Origin: a virus
Lineage: Duplodnaviria > Caudoviricetes
Virus record (IMG/VR): IMGVR_UViG_3300014656_000055
Location: 1-40,128 of that record
DNA: 40,128 nt
Direction: 5' to 3' (one strand)
This document shows positions 26,837 through 35,050 of the stretch, one piece after another; within the stretch, counting starts at the first letter, position 1; the number at the start of each line of letters is the position of its first letter. The position numbers were made by a program, and so were the translations under genes. The notes below the pieces were generated by a model. It was not told the origin of the DNA and did no database searches. It saw only the letters and a list, made by a program, of their open reading frames with translations.

Positions 26837-27273
26837 TATATTTTATAAGACAGGGGGATACGAACTTTATTAAAATTGGTTACACAAATGGGAATCCCCA
26901 AAAACGCCTTGATTCGTTACAAGGAGGAAACCCCCAAAAACTTGAATTAATTGCACAGTGGGAATCTGGGAGCGCAAAACAAGAATGGCAAATACATAAA
27001 TATTATTCAAAGTGGCGTATGCTTGGCGAATGGTTTGATTTGCCTACAATAACCGTAGACCAGATAGAACAGGACATATCTGACTTAAAGAGAATTATAC
27101 AACAGAAAATTATAGAAAGGGTTGCAAGGGAGAAAGCACAAACTGCAAAGCGAAAAGCCAGGCTTCTTAGAAAAAAACTTTTAGAAGAAAGGAAACAAAG
27201 GACTGAGGAAATGAGACAAAGGGTTGTCGGATCTCCGCCTGATTGGAAACAGATAAAGGCTATTTTTGGTTAA
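26833..27273 (+). CDS. GIY-YIG-like (T5orf172/MUG113) nuclease-domain protein
   Basis: IYFI......IKIGYT..P.KRL..LQ.GNP..L, E..IH......R..GEWF. Confidence 0.85.
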   Translation: MIYFIRQGDTNFIKIGYTNGNPQKRLDSLQGGNPQKLELIAQWESGSAKQEWQIHKYYSKWRMLGEWFDLPTITVDQIEQDISDLKRIIQQKIIERVAREKAQTAKRKARLLRKKLLEERKQRTEEMRQRVVGSPPDWKQIKAIFG

Positions 27274-27320
27274 TAATATATATTGAGGAACTAAACACAA
27301 AACAAAGGGAGGATTAAAAA

Positions 27321-27572
27321 ATGACCAAAACAGCAACAGAAAGCTCCAGCTTATATCGGTTATCAGTTACAATAGAAAATGTGGGAATGATGAAGGCACA
27401 AATAGAAAAAGAACTCAAACGCAGAAATGTACTCGGTGCATCAATAACTAATATTCAAAAGCTCGGTAGTACCGGACTTATTATCTTTAATGTTGATGAT
27501 AGGGGATACTGGGCGAAACTAACACCAACCGGAAAAATCAAACGAAACAGTATCAGGAGGGACGTATTTTAA
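27321..27572 (+). CDS. hypothetical protein
   Basis: 83 aa, GGAGG RBS. Confidence 0.6.
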   Translation: MTKTATESSSLYRLSVTIENVGMMKAQIEKELKRRNVLGASITNIQKLGSTGLIIFNVDDRGYWAKLTPTGKIKRNSIRRDVF

Positions 27573-27583
27573 AAGGGGGAATT

Positions 27584-27709
27584 ATGAGAAATGTGCCGGA
27601 GTCGGCTGGAGAAGGATGGATATTTGAAGATGTTGAAACAAATATTTTATACGATGTCTCCGAGGAATGCACGATTACTTTAATTAAAAAAGCAGAGGGT
27701 AAGCCATGA
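27584..27709 (+). CDS. hypothetical protein (41 aa, not in ORF track)
   Basis: AGGGGG RBS; MRNVPESAGEGWIFED. Confidence 0.4.
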   Translation: MRNVPESAGEGWIFEDVETNILYDVSEECTITLIKKAEGKP

Positions 27710-27882
27710 CTGAAACACTCGAACTTGAATCCGTATTTAACCTGATACATACTATAATCGAAACATCCAGACACGACATAATGACAGGCGATTTCCTGGT
27801 CCCGCGAGATTATTTTGTAGAATTGCTGAGACTGAGGCATGAATTGGCTGAAGTTATTAATAAAATGGAGGAAAAACCATGA
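27706..27882 (+). CDS. hypothetical protein (58 aa, not in ORF track)
   Basis: ATGA coupling; MTETLELESVFNLIH. Confidence 0.45.
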   Translation: MTETLELESVFNLIHTIIETSRHDIMTGDFLVPRDYFVELLRLRHELAEVINKMEEKP

Positions 27883-27901
27883 AAGGAACATGCCCTAAAT
27901 A

Positions 27902-29254
27902 TTAATTCCTTACAGCGTCCTTAAACTGCACTGTTTTATCCAGCCACGTTAAATTTATTCTCCGTGTCGGCCCCATCCTTTGCTTTGCAATATTCAGCTC
28001 GGCCTTACCATGCCACTTAATCATTTCTGGCGTCATTGTGCCGTCATCGTGATATTTATTCATAATATACTGTTCGTGCCGGTAAGGAAACATTACCACA
28101 TCTGCATCCTGCTCAATACTGCCGGAATCTCTTAAATCAGACAAAATAGGTCTTTTATCAGGTCGCCTCTCGCAATCTCTATTTAATTGAGACAATAAAA
28201 CAACTGTAACTTCAAGCTCTTTTGCTAATTGTTTAAATCTTCTGGTTATTTCTCCAACCTCGTAGTTTTTACCTTTTTTTGTGTCCCCTTCAATTAGCTG
28301 TAAATAATCAATAAAAACAACCTTAATATCCTCTTTCTTTTTTAATCTGCGAGTAATCCGGCAAATATCTAATGTTCTGAAACAATCTTTATCCGCAATA
28401 AACATTTTTAATTCATATAACCGGCTTGCTGATTCTGTTTTTAAGAGCCAATCATCCGCAGAAAACCAACCATTTCTAAATTTCATTAGGCTAACTCCGC
28501 TTTCACTTGCTGACAAAGAATCATAAAGCTGTTCCTTTGACATTTCTAATGATATTATTGCGTTGGGTATTTCTTTTTTTGCTATATTTACAGCCATGTT
28601 GCGAGCAAGTGAGGTTTTACCCATACTTGGTCTGGCGGCAATTATTATTAAATCTCCTGCTTGAAATCCACAGGTAACTTTATCAATATCAATAAATCCA
28701 GAAGCTATCCCTGAAACATTGGTTTGGTTTTTATATATTATTTCGTGCCTATCCTCTCCTTCTATAACAAGTTGTTTTATATCTGTATAGTTATTGCCGG
28801 ATATTCCGGTGTCTATTCTCAATATATCCGTTTGGAATTTATCAACAATCTCATCTGCGTCCCCGCTTGCTTCCTGACATAATTTAATCGTATTATAACA
28901 AGTGTCTATCGTGTTACGTAAAATAGAATATTGCTTTATCTTTTTAGCTGTGTATTCATCATTAATGGCAATAGGAATTTCGGTAAGAACTGCTAAATAA
29001 CTTGCTCCGCCAATATCAGCCAGTTGGTTCAGTGCCTTTAGTTTATCAGCCAATATAACAATATCAACAGGCTCGGATTTTCTTTTTAGTTCAAGCATAG
29101 CTGAATATATTTTTTGATGCGATACTTTATAAAAGTCAGCAGGAATTAATATATCAGCAATATCATCAAGCGATTCGTTGTTTATTAAGCATGATGATAA
29201 GATGCTTTGCTCTAATTCTATGTTTTGGGGCGGTATTTTATATAATTCATTCAC
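27902..29254 (-). CDS. dnaB: replicative DNA helicase DnaB
   Basis: PPQNIELEQ N-terminus, AARPSMGKT Walker A, IDYLQL, LSQLNR, DLRDSGSIEQDAD, KQRMGP. Confidence 0.97.
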   Translation of the reverse strand: MNELYKIPPQNIELEQSILSSCLINNESLDDIADILIPADFYKVSHQKIYSAMLELKRKSEPVDIVILADKLKALNQLADIGGASYLAVLTEIPIAINDEYTAKKIKQYSILRNTIDTCYNTIKLCQEASGDADEIVDKFQTDILRIDTGISGNNYTDIKQLVIEGEDRHEIIYKNQTNVSGIASGFIDIDKVTCGFQAGDLIIIAARPSMGKTSLARNMAVNIAKKEIPNAIISLEMSKEQLYDSLSASESGVSLMKFRNGWFSADDWLLKTESASRLYELKMFIADKDCFRTLDICRITRRLKKKEDIKVVFIDYLQLIEGDTKKGKNYEVGEITRRFKQLAKELEVTVVLLSQLNRDCERRPDKRPILSDLRDSGSIEQDADVVMFPYRHEQYIMNKYHDDGTMTPEMIKWHGKAELNIAKQRMGPTRRINLTWLDKTVQFKDAVRN

Positions 29255-29922
29255 GATAAAATATCCTCAAGTGGCGGCTGAAAATTATTAGGCTCAAAAT
29301 TGCTTGGCTTTGGTTTAACCTCATCTTCCCAACAGCCTTTATTCAACCATGTTGCAGGATTTTTCCATTCCGGCCGGAATTCCCCGTTTGCATTTTTGCG
29401 CCACAATATTTGTTTCTTAATAGCAACCAGTAAAACAGATAGTCCAGGAAGTTCGTTTTTCTTTATGAGTTTTTTCCATCTTTCAAGAGCTTCTTTCTTA
29501 CTTACAGGATTAGGATAGGTTGAAATAAAAATATCAAATTCCTTTTGGTTAAATTTTCTTTTTTTATCAGTATCAGTATCAGTATCAGTATCAGTATCAG
29601 TATCAGTATCGGTATGTTTGGTATCGCTTCGTATACGGTCGTATACGGTCGTACCTTTTTTATTCCATCGTTTATTAATATTTTCTTTGTTTTTATCACA
29701 TATTTTCAGGTATTTATTTGTATCCCTGATAATTTGGCTTGAAATAGTTTTAAACACTATCTGGATACTTAGGTCTTTTATTTCAATGTTTTTATCATTA
29801 GAAAAAGCATACAAACTCTTAAACAAGATGCCGGCTTGTTCGTCTGATAATAGATCAATAATCTCTAATTGGTCATTGTATAAAATAAAACTTTTCTTGC
29901 GGGAAATTTCAGTCTTTGGCAT
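29251..29922 (-). CDS. phage replication initiator (DUF6291-like N-terminus)
   Basis: KKSFILY......LSDEQAG.LF, (DT)n linker, C-terminal F...YP...K..A...W and PATWLN...WEDE; directly upstream of dnaB. Confidence 0.8.
   Translation of the reverse strand: MPKTEISRKKSFILYNDQLEIIDLLSDEQAGILFKSLYAFSNDKNIEIKDLSIQIVFKTISSQIIRDTNKYLKICDKNKENINKRWNKKGTTVYDRIRSDTKHTDTDTDTDTDTDTDTDKKRKFNQKEFDIFISTYPNPVSKKEALERWKKLIKKNELPGLSVLLVAIKKQILWRKNANGEFRPEWKNPATWLNKGCWEDEVKPKPSNFEPNNFQPPLEDILS
29565..29654 (+). repeat. (TATCAG)7 microsatellite plus tandem CGTATACGGT, putative origin region
   Basis: Seven perfect hexamers at 29565-29606 plus one variant; CGTATACGGT at 29630 and 29640 plus a partial third copy. 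Confidence 0.85.
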
Positions 29923-30091
29923 TTTCCTTATCCTTATCGTGTCTTTGTATTAGTGTTTCAACGTCCTCGAAGGCAAAGCGATAGGCTCTCTTGAGGTCTT
30001 TTTCAAGCTCAACAGTAAGTTGCCCTGTACGTTCTAAGTGTGTTAATAATTTCGCTAATTGTCTGTTTTTGAGTTTTTCTACTTTATCCAT
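29909..30091 (-). CDS. hypothetical protein
   Basis: 60 aa, overlaps the initiator start. Confidence 0.55.
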   Translation of the reverse strand: MDKVEKLKNRQLAKLLTHLERTGQLTVELEKDLKRAYRFAFEDVETLIQRHDKDKENAKD

Positions 30092-30146
30092 ACCATGTCC
30101 TTAATTCCCCCATCTCTTATCATTTCTTAGTATGTCTGTCAAGAAT

Positions 30147-30950
30147 TTAAAATAGCCTTAGTTGTGATGCTTCTTGCTCAATTCGTTTGGCTGCTATTTT
30201 GCAATATTCTTCTGAGATTTCACAAGCAATCCATCTTCTGTTTAATCTTTCACACATCTTAGACACAGTTCCGCTCCCGGCCATAGGATCTAAAACCGTA
30301 TCACCTTCGTTGCTCCATGAAAGGATATGATCTGCGACTAATGCTTCTGGGAATATTGCCGGATGTTCAAAAGCTATTTTGTCTTTAGCAGAATGCATAA
30401 AGCCTGTATTATATTTCCAAACATTGTCTCTTTGTCCAACTGGGTTTATTTTATAGGTAAATTTTTTGGAAGTCCCATCTTGAATTCTTTTATTACCAGT
30501 GCCCATTTTGCCAGCATAGTTATTTTTAACGTCTTTAATAGGGTTAAAGGTCTTGTGTTTGCCTTTCGTTAAAATAAAAACATATTCAAAATTATCTTGA
30601 TAAAAACTAAGACTGCCCGTTCGTAATCCTACATTTTTAGTATAAAGCATTGTCACTAAATTAAACCTGATTTTTTTAAAATACAAAGCCTGTTTAAAAC
30701 TTGTGCCTGTTTCAGAACCATTAATAAAAGCATCTTTTACTATCCAAACTACAACGCCACCATCTTTTGTAACTCTAAATAATTCCTTTGCAATGCCCTC
30801 AAAATCAAACACATATCCTTTATAGTCACGGAGGTTATCGTATGGTGGCGATGTAATAACCAAATCCACTTGTTCAAGCTCAGGCAAAAGCTCAAGGCAA
30901 TTCCCGTGATACAGTTTCCCGTTTTCAGTCTCATAGTATGGCTTTATCAT
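30147..30950 (-). CDS. DNA methyltransferase, N4-cytosine/N6-adenine family (beta class)
   Basis: TSPPY catalytic motif N-terminal to HPAIFP and VLDPMAGSGT; no adjacent restriction gene. Confidence 0.92.
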   Translation of the reverse strand: MIKPYYETENGKLYHGNCLELLPELEQVDLVITSPPYDNLRDYKGYVFDFEGIAKELFRVTKDGGVVVWIVKDAFINGSETGTSFKQALYFKKIRFNLVTMLYTKNVGLRTGSLSFYQDNFEYVFILTKGKHKTFNPIKDVKNNYAGKMGTGNKRIQDGTSKKFTYKINPVGQRDNVWKYNTGFMHSAKDKIAFEHPAIFPEALVADHILSWSNEGDTVLDPMAGSGTVSKMCERLNRRWIACEISEEYCKIAAKRIEQEASQLRLF

Positions 30951-30968
30951 TTATTGTTCCAATTTTGT

Positions 30969-31168
30969 TGGAGGAGGTAGGATTTAAACCTACATGAAAG
31001 GACATTCTTAATTCAAATAAGAGTTCTTGGACTCTATTACCTAAAGAGCTTATCCTTTAAGGTTCTTGTTTAATAGAGGCTGTCACCTTTCCGGAACCTG
31101 AACCTGCGTCTACCAATGACAAGCAAGCCCACCGTTGACCGCAAGCCTGTCAATTCCGCCACTCCTCC
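30969..31168 (-). ncRNA. tRNA-Leu(CAG)-derived RNA with two large structured insertions
   Basis: Acceptor GGAGGAG/CTCCTCC-A; TGGCGGAATT[37 nt]GGTAGACGC D-arm; TTCAGGT loop; T-arm GTAGG-TTTAAAT-CCTAC; no encoded CCA. Confidence 0.75.
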
Positions 31169-31203
31169 GTTATTCCCCAATTTAGTCTCGTAGCATGGCT
31201 TCA

Positions 31204-31572
31204 TTAATTCCTCAGCTTCTTCCATTTCTTGTTAAACCGTGTTAATAATATCCATGCGTGTTGCATTGTTATTTTAGCTTGAAGAGCTACCTGCCACCGG
31301 TACATATCAGCCGTGTCCATCTCCAGCACTGTCTTCTGCGCCTGTGAGGGGAATCTATGCCCCTTTGGTAGCCTTGGTATGTCTTCTTCGATCATAGCTC
31401 GTAAAAAAGACGTAGAGGATATTTTAATGGCATCGCCGGACTTTAAGCTCGTTGGATGTTTTTTATACACACCGGCAATGAATTCGTATCGTGTTTTGTA
31501 ATTGGTATGATGGTCTTTATTCCAGACTTTTCGATTCAGGTCCCAGTCGATACTCAAAACATACACTCGCAT
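31204..31572 (-). CDS. hypothetical protein
   Basis: 122 aa, overlaps the upstream gene end. Confidence 0.55.
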   Translation of the reverse strand: MRVYVLSIDWDLNRKVWNKDHHTNYKTRYEFIAGVYKKHPTSLKSGDAIKISSTSFLRAMIEEDIPRLPKGHRFPSQAQKTVLEMDTADMYRWQVALQAKITMQHAWILLTRFNKKWKKLRN

Positions 31573-32252
31573 GGTAAGTATTCGTCTTGTTTAAAAATCA
31601 TTCTTTGGTCTTCTCCAACTATAGCTTTTAATGAAATGCCTTGTGGTGATAAATACATTGGTTTTTTACCTTTAGACTTTCTATATTCTATATTACGTTT
31701 TTCAAGCCGTTCTGCCTTACAAAATAATTCTGGATGTTCTATTCTAAGGAGTCTCCATTCTTGTGCAGTTTGAAAAGGACAAATATAACATTTTGACCTA
31801 TGAGGAATAGGGAGCCCTGCTTCTTTTATAATTTGTTTGCATTTATCACGGCTTACATCATGTTTAAGCAGGGTAAATCTATGCTCGATCCCATCATCGA
31901 CTGATATTTTAGCTCTTTTGGATTCATCTGTCGAAAAAGCCAATATCTTAAAACAAGGCTTTTCTACATATTTTGTGAAAGGTTTTATTTTAAAATGAAC
32001 AGTACACCATCTTGGATAAATAGCAGGAACCATTTTATATTTCCACGAATAATCGTATAAATTCCCTCTGGCTGGTTTTATAATCGTAACAGGATATTTT
32101 TTTATAAACATTTCTAAATATTCATAGGTTTCAGGATATTCACAACCCGTATCAATAAAAATAGCTTCGTCGAAGCCACCTAAAAAATAACCGGCAACCG
32201 AATTAACACCGCCACCGAAACTAAAGTACCTTTTCATTAGCATCCCAGTCAA
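31554..32252 (-). CDS. PAPS-reductase-family (PP-loop) protein
   Basis: SFGGGVNS, DTGCEYPETYEY, RWCT..FKI.P, SKCYICPF, C-terminal CEC; true start may be about 15 nt downstream (MKRYF). Confidence 0.82.
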   Translation of the reverse strand: MTGMLMKRYFSFGGGVNSVAGYFLGGFDEAIFIDTGCEYPETYEYLEMFIKKYPVTIIKPARGNLYDYSWKYKMVPAIYPRWCTVHFKIKPFTKYVEKPCFKILAFSTDESKRAKISVDDGIEHRFTLLKHDVSRDKCKQIIKEAGLPIPHRSKCYICPFQTAQEWRLLRIEHPELFCKAERLEKRNIEYRKSKGKKPMYLSPQGISLKAIVGEDQRMIFKQDEYLPCECMF

Positions 32253-32482
32253 TTGCCATTATTATCCTTAAGTGTCCCCCCACAATACCCGCAGAAATAA
32301 TCAGCTTGCCCTACTCCACAATTACATGGGTGCATGACGTTGTTATGTTTCTTGGCCTCTTCTTGCCTGACTTGTTTTATTAACAGACCTCGCAATTTTT
32401 CAAAATGTCTTAACAAATCCAATTCAAGTTGTTGAGTCCATACGTCGTGTGCTTCTAAAATTATCTGTATCGTTGTTTCCAT
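32249..32482 (-). CDS. small zinc-finger protein
   Basis: CNCG......FCGYCG; AGGAGG RBS. Confidence 0.6.
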   Translation of the reverse strand: METTIQIILEAHDVWTQQLELDLLRHFEKLRGLLIKQVRQEEAKKHNNVMHPCNCGVGQADYFCGYCGGTLKDNNGN

Positions 32483-32488
32483 AAAGCC

Positions 32489-32549
32489 TCCTAACGATTA
32501 ATCTGCCCTGCCGTGTTCTTCTGCGGCCAAGTCCAGCGGCTGGTTAGGC
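32489..32549 (-). mobile_element. integron attC-like recombination site (61 bp)
   Basis: GCCTAAC (RYYYAAC)...CTG[G]ACTT[G]GCCG-loop-CGGCAGGGCAG...GTTAGGA. Confidence 0.55.
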
Positions 32550-32785
32550 TGAAATCCTTCAAAGTTTGATGATATTTTACGAACGATCCAACGCTCTGAA
32601 ATTAAAGTAGAATGGCTTACTCTTGTGAATTTAGCTCTCCAAAGCTGGTCAATTGCACCAGGCTCCATTGGAATTATCTCTAAGAGCCATAATTTCCACG
32701 TTCGTTCAACAAGAACGCCATTTACCATTACTCTTGTTTTACCTTTGGGTTTCACTTCGACCCTATCTCCTACAGAATATCCCAT
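32498..32785 (-). CDS. hypothetical protein (SH3/KOW-like start), ends inside the attC-like site
   Basis: YSVGDRVEV; C-terminal PNQPLDLAA is encoded by the attC-like sequence. Confidence 0.55.
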   Translation of the reverse strand: MGYSVGDRVEVKPKGKTRVMVNGVLVERTWKLWLLEIIPMEPGAIDQLWRAKFTRVSHSTLISERWIVRKISSNFEGFQPNQPLDLAAEEHGRAD

Positions 32786-32829
32786 TTCAATCTTTCAGAC
32801 CAACAAGTCTATAGCTTGCATTAATGATA

Positions 32830-33036
32830 TTAACTATTCACGTGCTTGAGTTCCTTTATAAAACATGGTTCACCTTTAAGCACAGAATAAACATCGCTTA
32901 GAACACAGGGTTTATAACGATTAGGGAATCTCCAGTATTTGCATTTTTTGTCACATATCTCAGGTTTCTTCCCACTCATTTTATCAAGCATTTCACATAT
33001 TTTATGTGCCATCTTTAATGTTCCTTTGCATGACAA
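32830..33036 (-). CDS. small Cys-rich hypothetical protein
   Basis: CDKKCKYW...C; start uncertain. Confidence 0.45.
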   Translation of the reverse strand: MSCKGTLKMAHKICEMLDKMSGKKPEICDKKCKYWRFPNRYKPCVLSDVYSVLKGEPCFIKELKHVNS

Positions 33037-33254
33037 TCAAGACAAATAGCTTCTAAGTTTTCCGCTGTATCAGAACCACCTTGAGACAGTTTTATCTTGT
33101 GATGTGGCGGCCCCTCCGTGTATGCTTCGCAATGCTGACAAGTAAAATTATCACGGATCAGAACTTCAATTTGTAGTTTTTTCAGCCTATACCGTGATAA
33201 TCGGATTGGCTTGTGTTTTGGATCTGCTGGCATTAATATTCCACTATGCAACAC
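33015..33254 (-). CDS. HNH endonuclease
   Basis: VLIRDNFTCQHC...HHKI..SQGG.....NL..IC.DCH..EH. Confidence 0.88.
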   Translation of the reverse strand: MLHSGILMPADPKHKPIRLSRYRLKKLQIEVLIRDNFTCQHCEAYTEGPPHHKIKLSQGGSDTAENLEAICLDCHAKEH

Positions 33255-33661
33255 GGAAATTCTTTATCTATCTGATACCAAACGCCATTAATTAAAAACG
33301 GGCTTGGTATTAAATAATCCATATTGTCATCTTCGATTACATTATGAGCCACTAATAAATCACAGATTATTTGAGCAGAATTAACCCAATCAAATTTACG
33401 CTTAGAATCTCTTACGAAATGAAAACCTATCAGATATGGCGGCTTGCGATGCTTCAGTTCCTCACGCATAAGAATTACAGCTTGCTCAAATAAGTTTGGT
33501 CGTGTTTTATATCCTTCTACCGTGTGTTTAGATACTGAATATTTTTTAACGCCCAATTTCTGTAAATACTTGCGAACTGTTTTTGAATGAAACACGCCTC
33601 TTGATGTAGCTACTTTTGAATTCTTTGAAGATGGAGTGTTAAATTGGATTATGATTCTCAT
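33233..33661 (-). CDS. RusA-like Holliday junction resolvase
   Basis: PSSKN N-terminus; R.FD..N......DLLV...VIEDDN acidic catalytic pattern. Confidence 0.78.
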   Translation of the reverse strand: MRIIIQFNTPSSKNSKVATSRGVFHSKTVRKYLQKLGVKKYSVSKHTVEGYKTRPNLFEQAVILMREELKHRKPPYLIGFHFVRDSKRKFDWVNSAQIICDLLVAHNVIEDDNMDYLIPSPFLINGVWYQIDKEFPCCIVEY

Positions 33662-33957
33662 TCTATCACCTCAATGGGAAGTTTACGCAACAAAAAGTAG
33701 CACTTAGTTCGGTTTTATGTTTTTTCTTACATGTAACGCATAAATACTTAGGCTTTAGTCCCCGCCTCCATATCATCTTATCCCCTTTTTTGTGAGTCGC
33801 ATATAACTTTGTCATTCCACCACCAGACATATTCCATAATTCCAAAACACAAGAGCATAGACTGTGTGTTCATAGCACTCAGAATATAAAAATCCGATGA
33901 GCTTATCACCGAAACCGCCAGCGTACCTGAAGAACTTAATCTTAGCAAAGAGGATAT

Positions 33958-34143
33958 TCATTCCTTCCCTTCCTGGTTACGTTTTTCAAAGCAAGCCGCT
34001 GAATTACAGAAAGTCTTAAATGGGATACAGACAATAATATCATTATTAGTTATAAACGGGGCTCTGTTAATAATAAATCTATTATCTGTCTTTTTGCATT
34101 CTTGTATCTGATCGTAATAGGATTTGTGCCACTTTGTTAGCAT
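33958..34143 (-). CDS. hypothetical protein
   Basis: 61 aa with AGGAG RBS; one of several tiny ORFs at 33660-34700. Confidence 0.5.
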   Translation of the reverse strand: MLTKWHKSYYDQIQECKKTDNRFIINRAPFITNNDIIVCIPFKTFCNSAACFEKRNQEGKE

Positions 34144-34357
34144 TGATATTTCTCCTAAATTAATAATGATGGCTGAATTTGATTTATTTTGGTGATTCTC
34201 CAGCCGATATTCATTCTATCACCTCAAAACGCATCCGGTTTGTTTCTAACCCTGAACAGCCATATCCAATGGCGTATCCTAAAAAGTATTCTAAGCCTTA
34301 ACGGTGCTTGTGTGCATGATAACAAGACCCTTGCATATTCGTTCATTTTAATTCTCC

Positions 34358-34501
34358 TTATAGTGGGAATGTAGGTCTATTGAAATACCACTGAGTATAT
34401 TTCTTTTTATGCTTTAACCACATAAAAAAATTGAATTCACTCCCAATTGTAATCGACTTTATTACCGCCACAACTAAAACAATAATTATTAACTTTTCCA
34501 T
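34358..34501 (-). CDS. small membrane peptide (47 aa, not in ORF track)
   Basis: MEKLIIIVLVVAVIKSI; GGAGG RBS. Confidence 0.45.
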   Translation of the reverse strand: MEKLIIIVLVVAVIKSITIGSEFNFFMWLKHKKKYTQWYFNRPTFPL

Positions 34502-34522
34502 GATTTTATCCCTCCGCCTGTA

Positions 34523-34693
34523 TTATTCATAAAATGGTAATAGTGTGGTTATTGCATTGATATATTCTTTTCTATTCAAATACCCAACACAGGCTCCTAA
34601 GTGCATTGCCAATTTCATTGCTTTTTTTCCACCAATAATAAACTGAAGATAATAGCAACTATTAGATATAATTTTCTCTACCTTATCAGGCAT
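34523..34693 (-). CDS. hypothetical protein (56 aa, not in ORF track)
   Basis: MPDKVEKIISNSCYY; directly downstream of the HTH gene. Confidence 0.4.
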   Translation of the reverse strand: MPDKVEKIISNSCYYLQFIIGGKKAMKLAMHLGACVGYLNRKEYINAITTLLPFYE

Positions 34694-34713
34694 AACATGT
34701 TTCTCCCTTATAT

Positions 34714-34899
34714 TTAGAATAAATCCTTTTGCGCTACCTTCAAAATCTTTGAAATAATTTTCATCTCTTCTTTGGTAGGTTTCAGCCTTCCGTTTACAAT
34801 CCTACAAAAACGAGTGTTTTCAATTCCAGCTTCCTTAGCAAGCTCAAAAGCCTTGATACCTTTGCTTTTATACGCAATTAACAATTTAAAATTTATCAT
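34714..34899 (-). CDS. XRE-family helix-turn-helix regulator (Cro-like)
   Basis: Start ATG 34899 after AGGAG; GI...ELAKEAGI......RIVNG...P.......I...L......LF. Confidence 0.85.
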   Translation of the reverse strand: MINFKLLIAYKSKGIKAFELAKEAGIENTRFCRIVNGRLKPTKEEMKIISKILKVAQKDLF

Positions 34900-34919
34900 A
34901 ATATTTAATCTCCTGAACC

Positions 34920-35030
34920 CTTTTACCACGACTGAAATGTAAATGCAAGCAAAATCTTGGAAGGGCTTAAAATAAATCTGCAATTTATTGAAAATAGTTG
35001 TTGACTTTTGTTTTTTATTGTTTTATTGAT
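34920..35030. promoter_or_regulatory. divergent promoter region
   Basis: Leftward TTGCAT-N17-TAAAAG with TGn extension; rightward TTGACT (35001) with an AT-rich -10 region; gene orientation switches here. Confidence 0.55.
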
Positions 35031-35050
35031 ACATTAAACAAAGGAACAAC

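Noticed and set aside
29565-29612. Short tandem repeats as a possible CRISPR array; ILILIL and ISISIS ORFs
   Set aside because: Spacer-less hexamer microsatellite; the alternative-frame ORFs are by-products; no cas genes
30969-31168. Canonical tRNA, tmRNA or group I intron-containing tRNA
   Set aside because: Anticodon stem is truncated, there is no G3-U70 Ala identity or tag ORF, and the inserts are too short for group I introns and not in the anticodon loop
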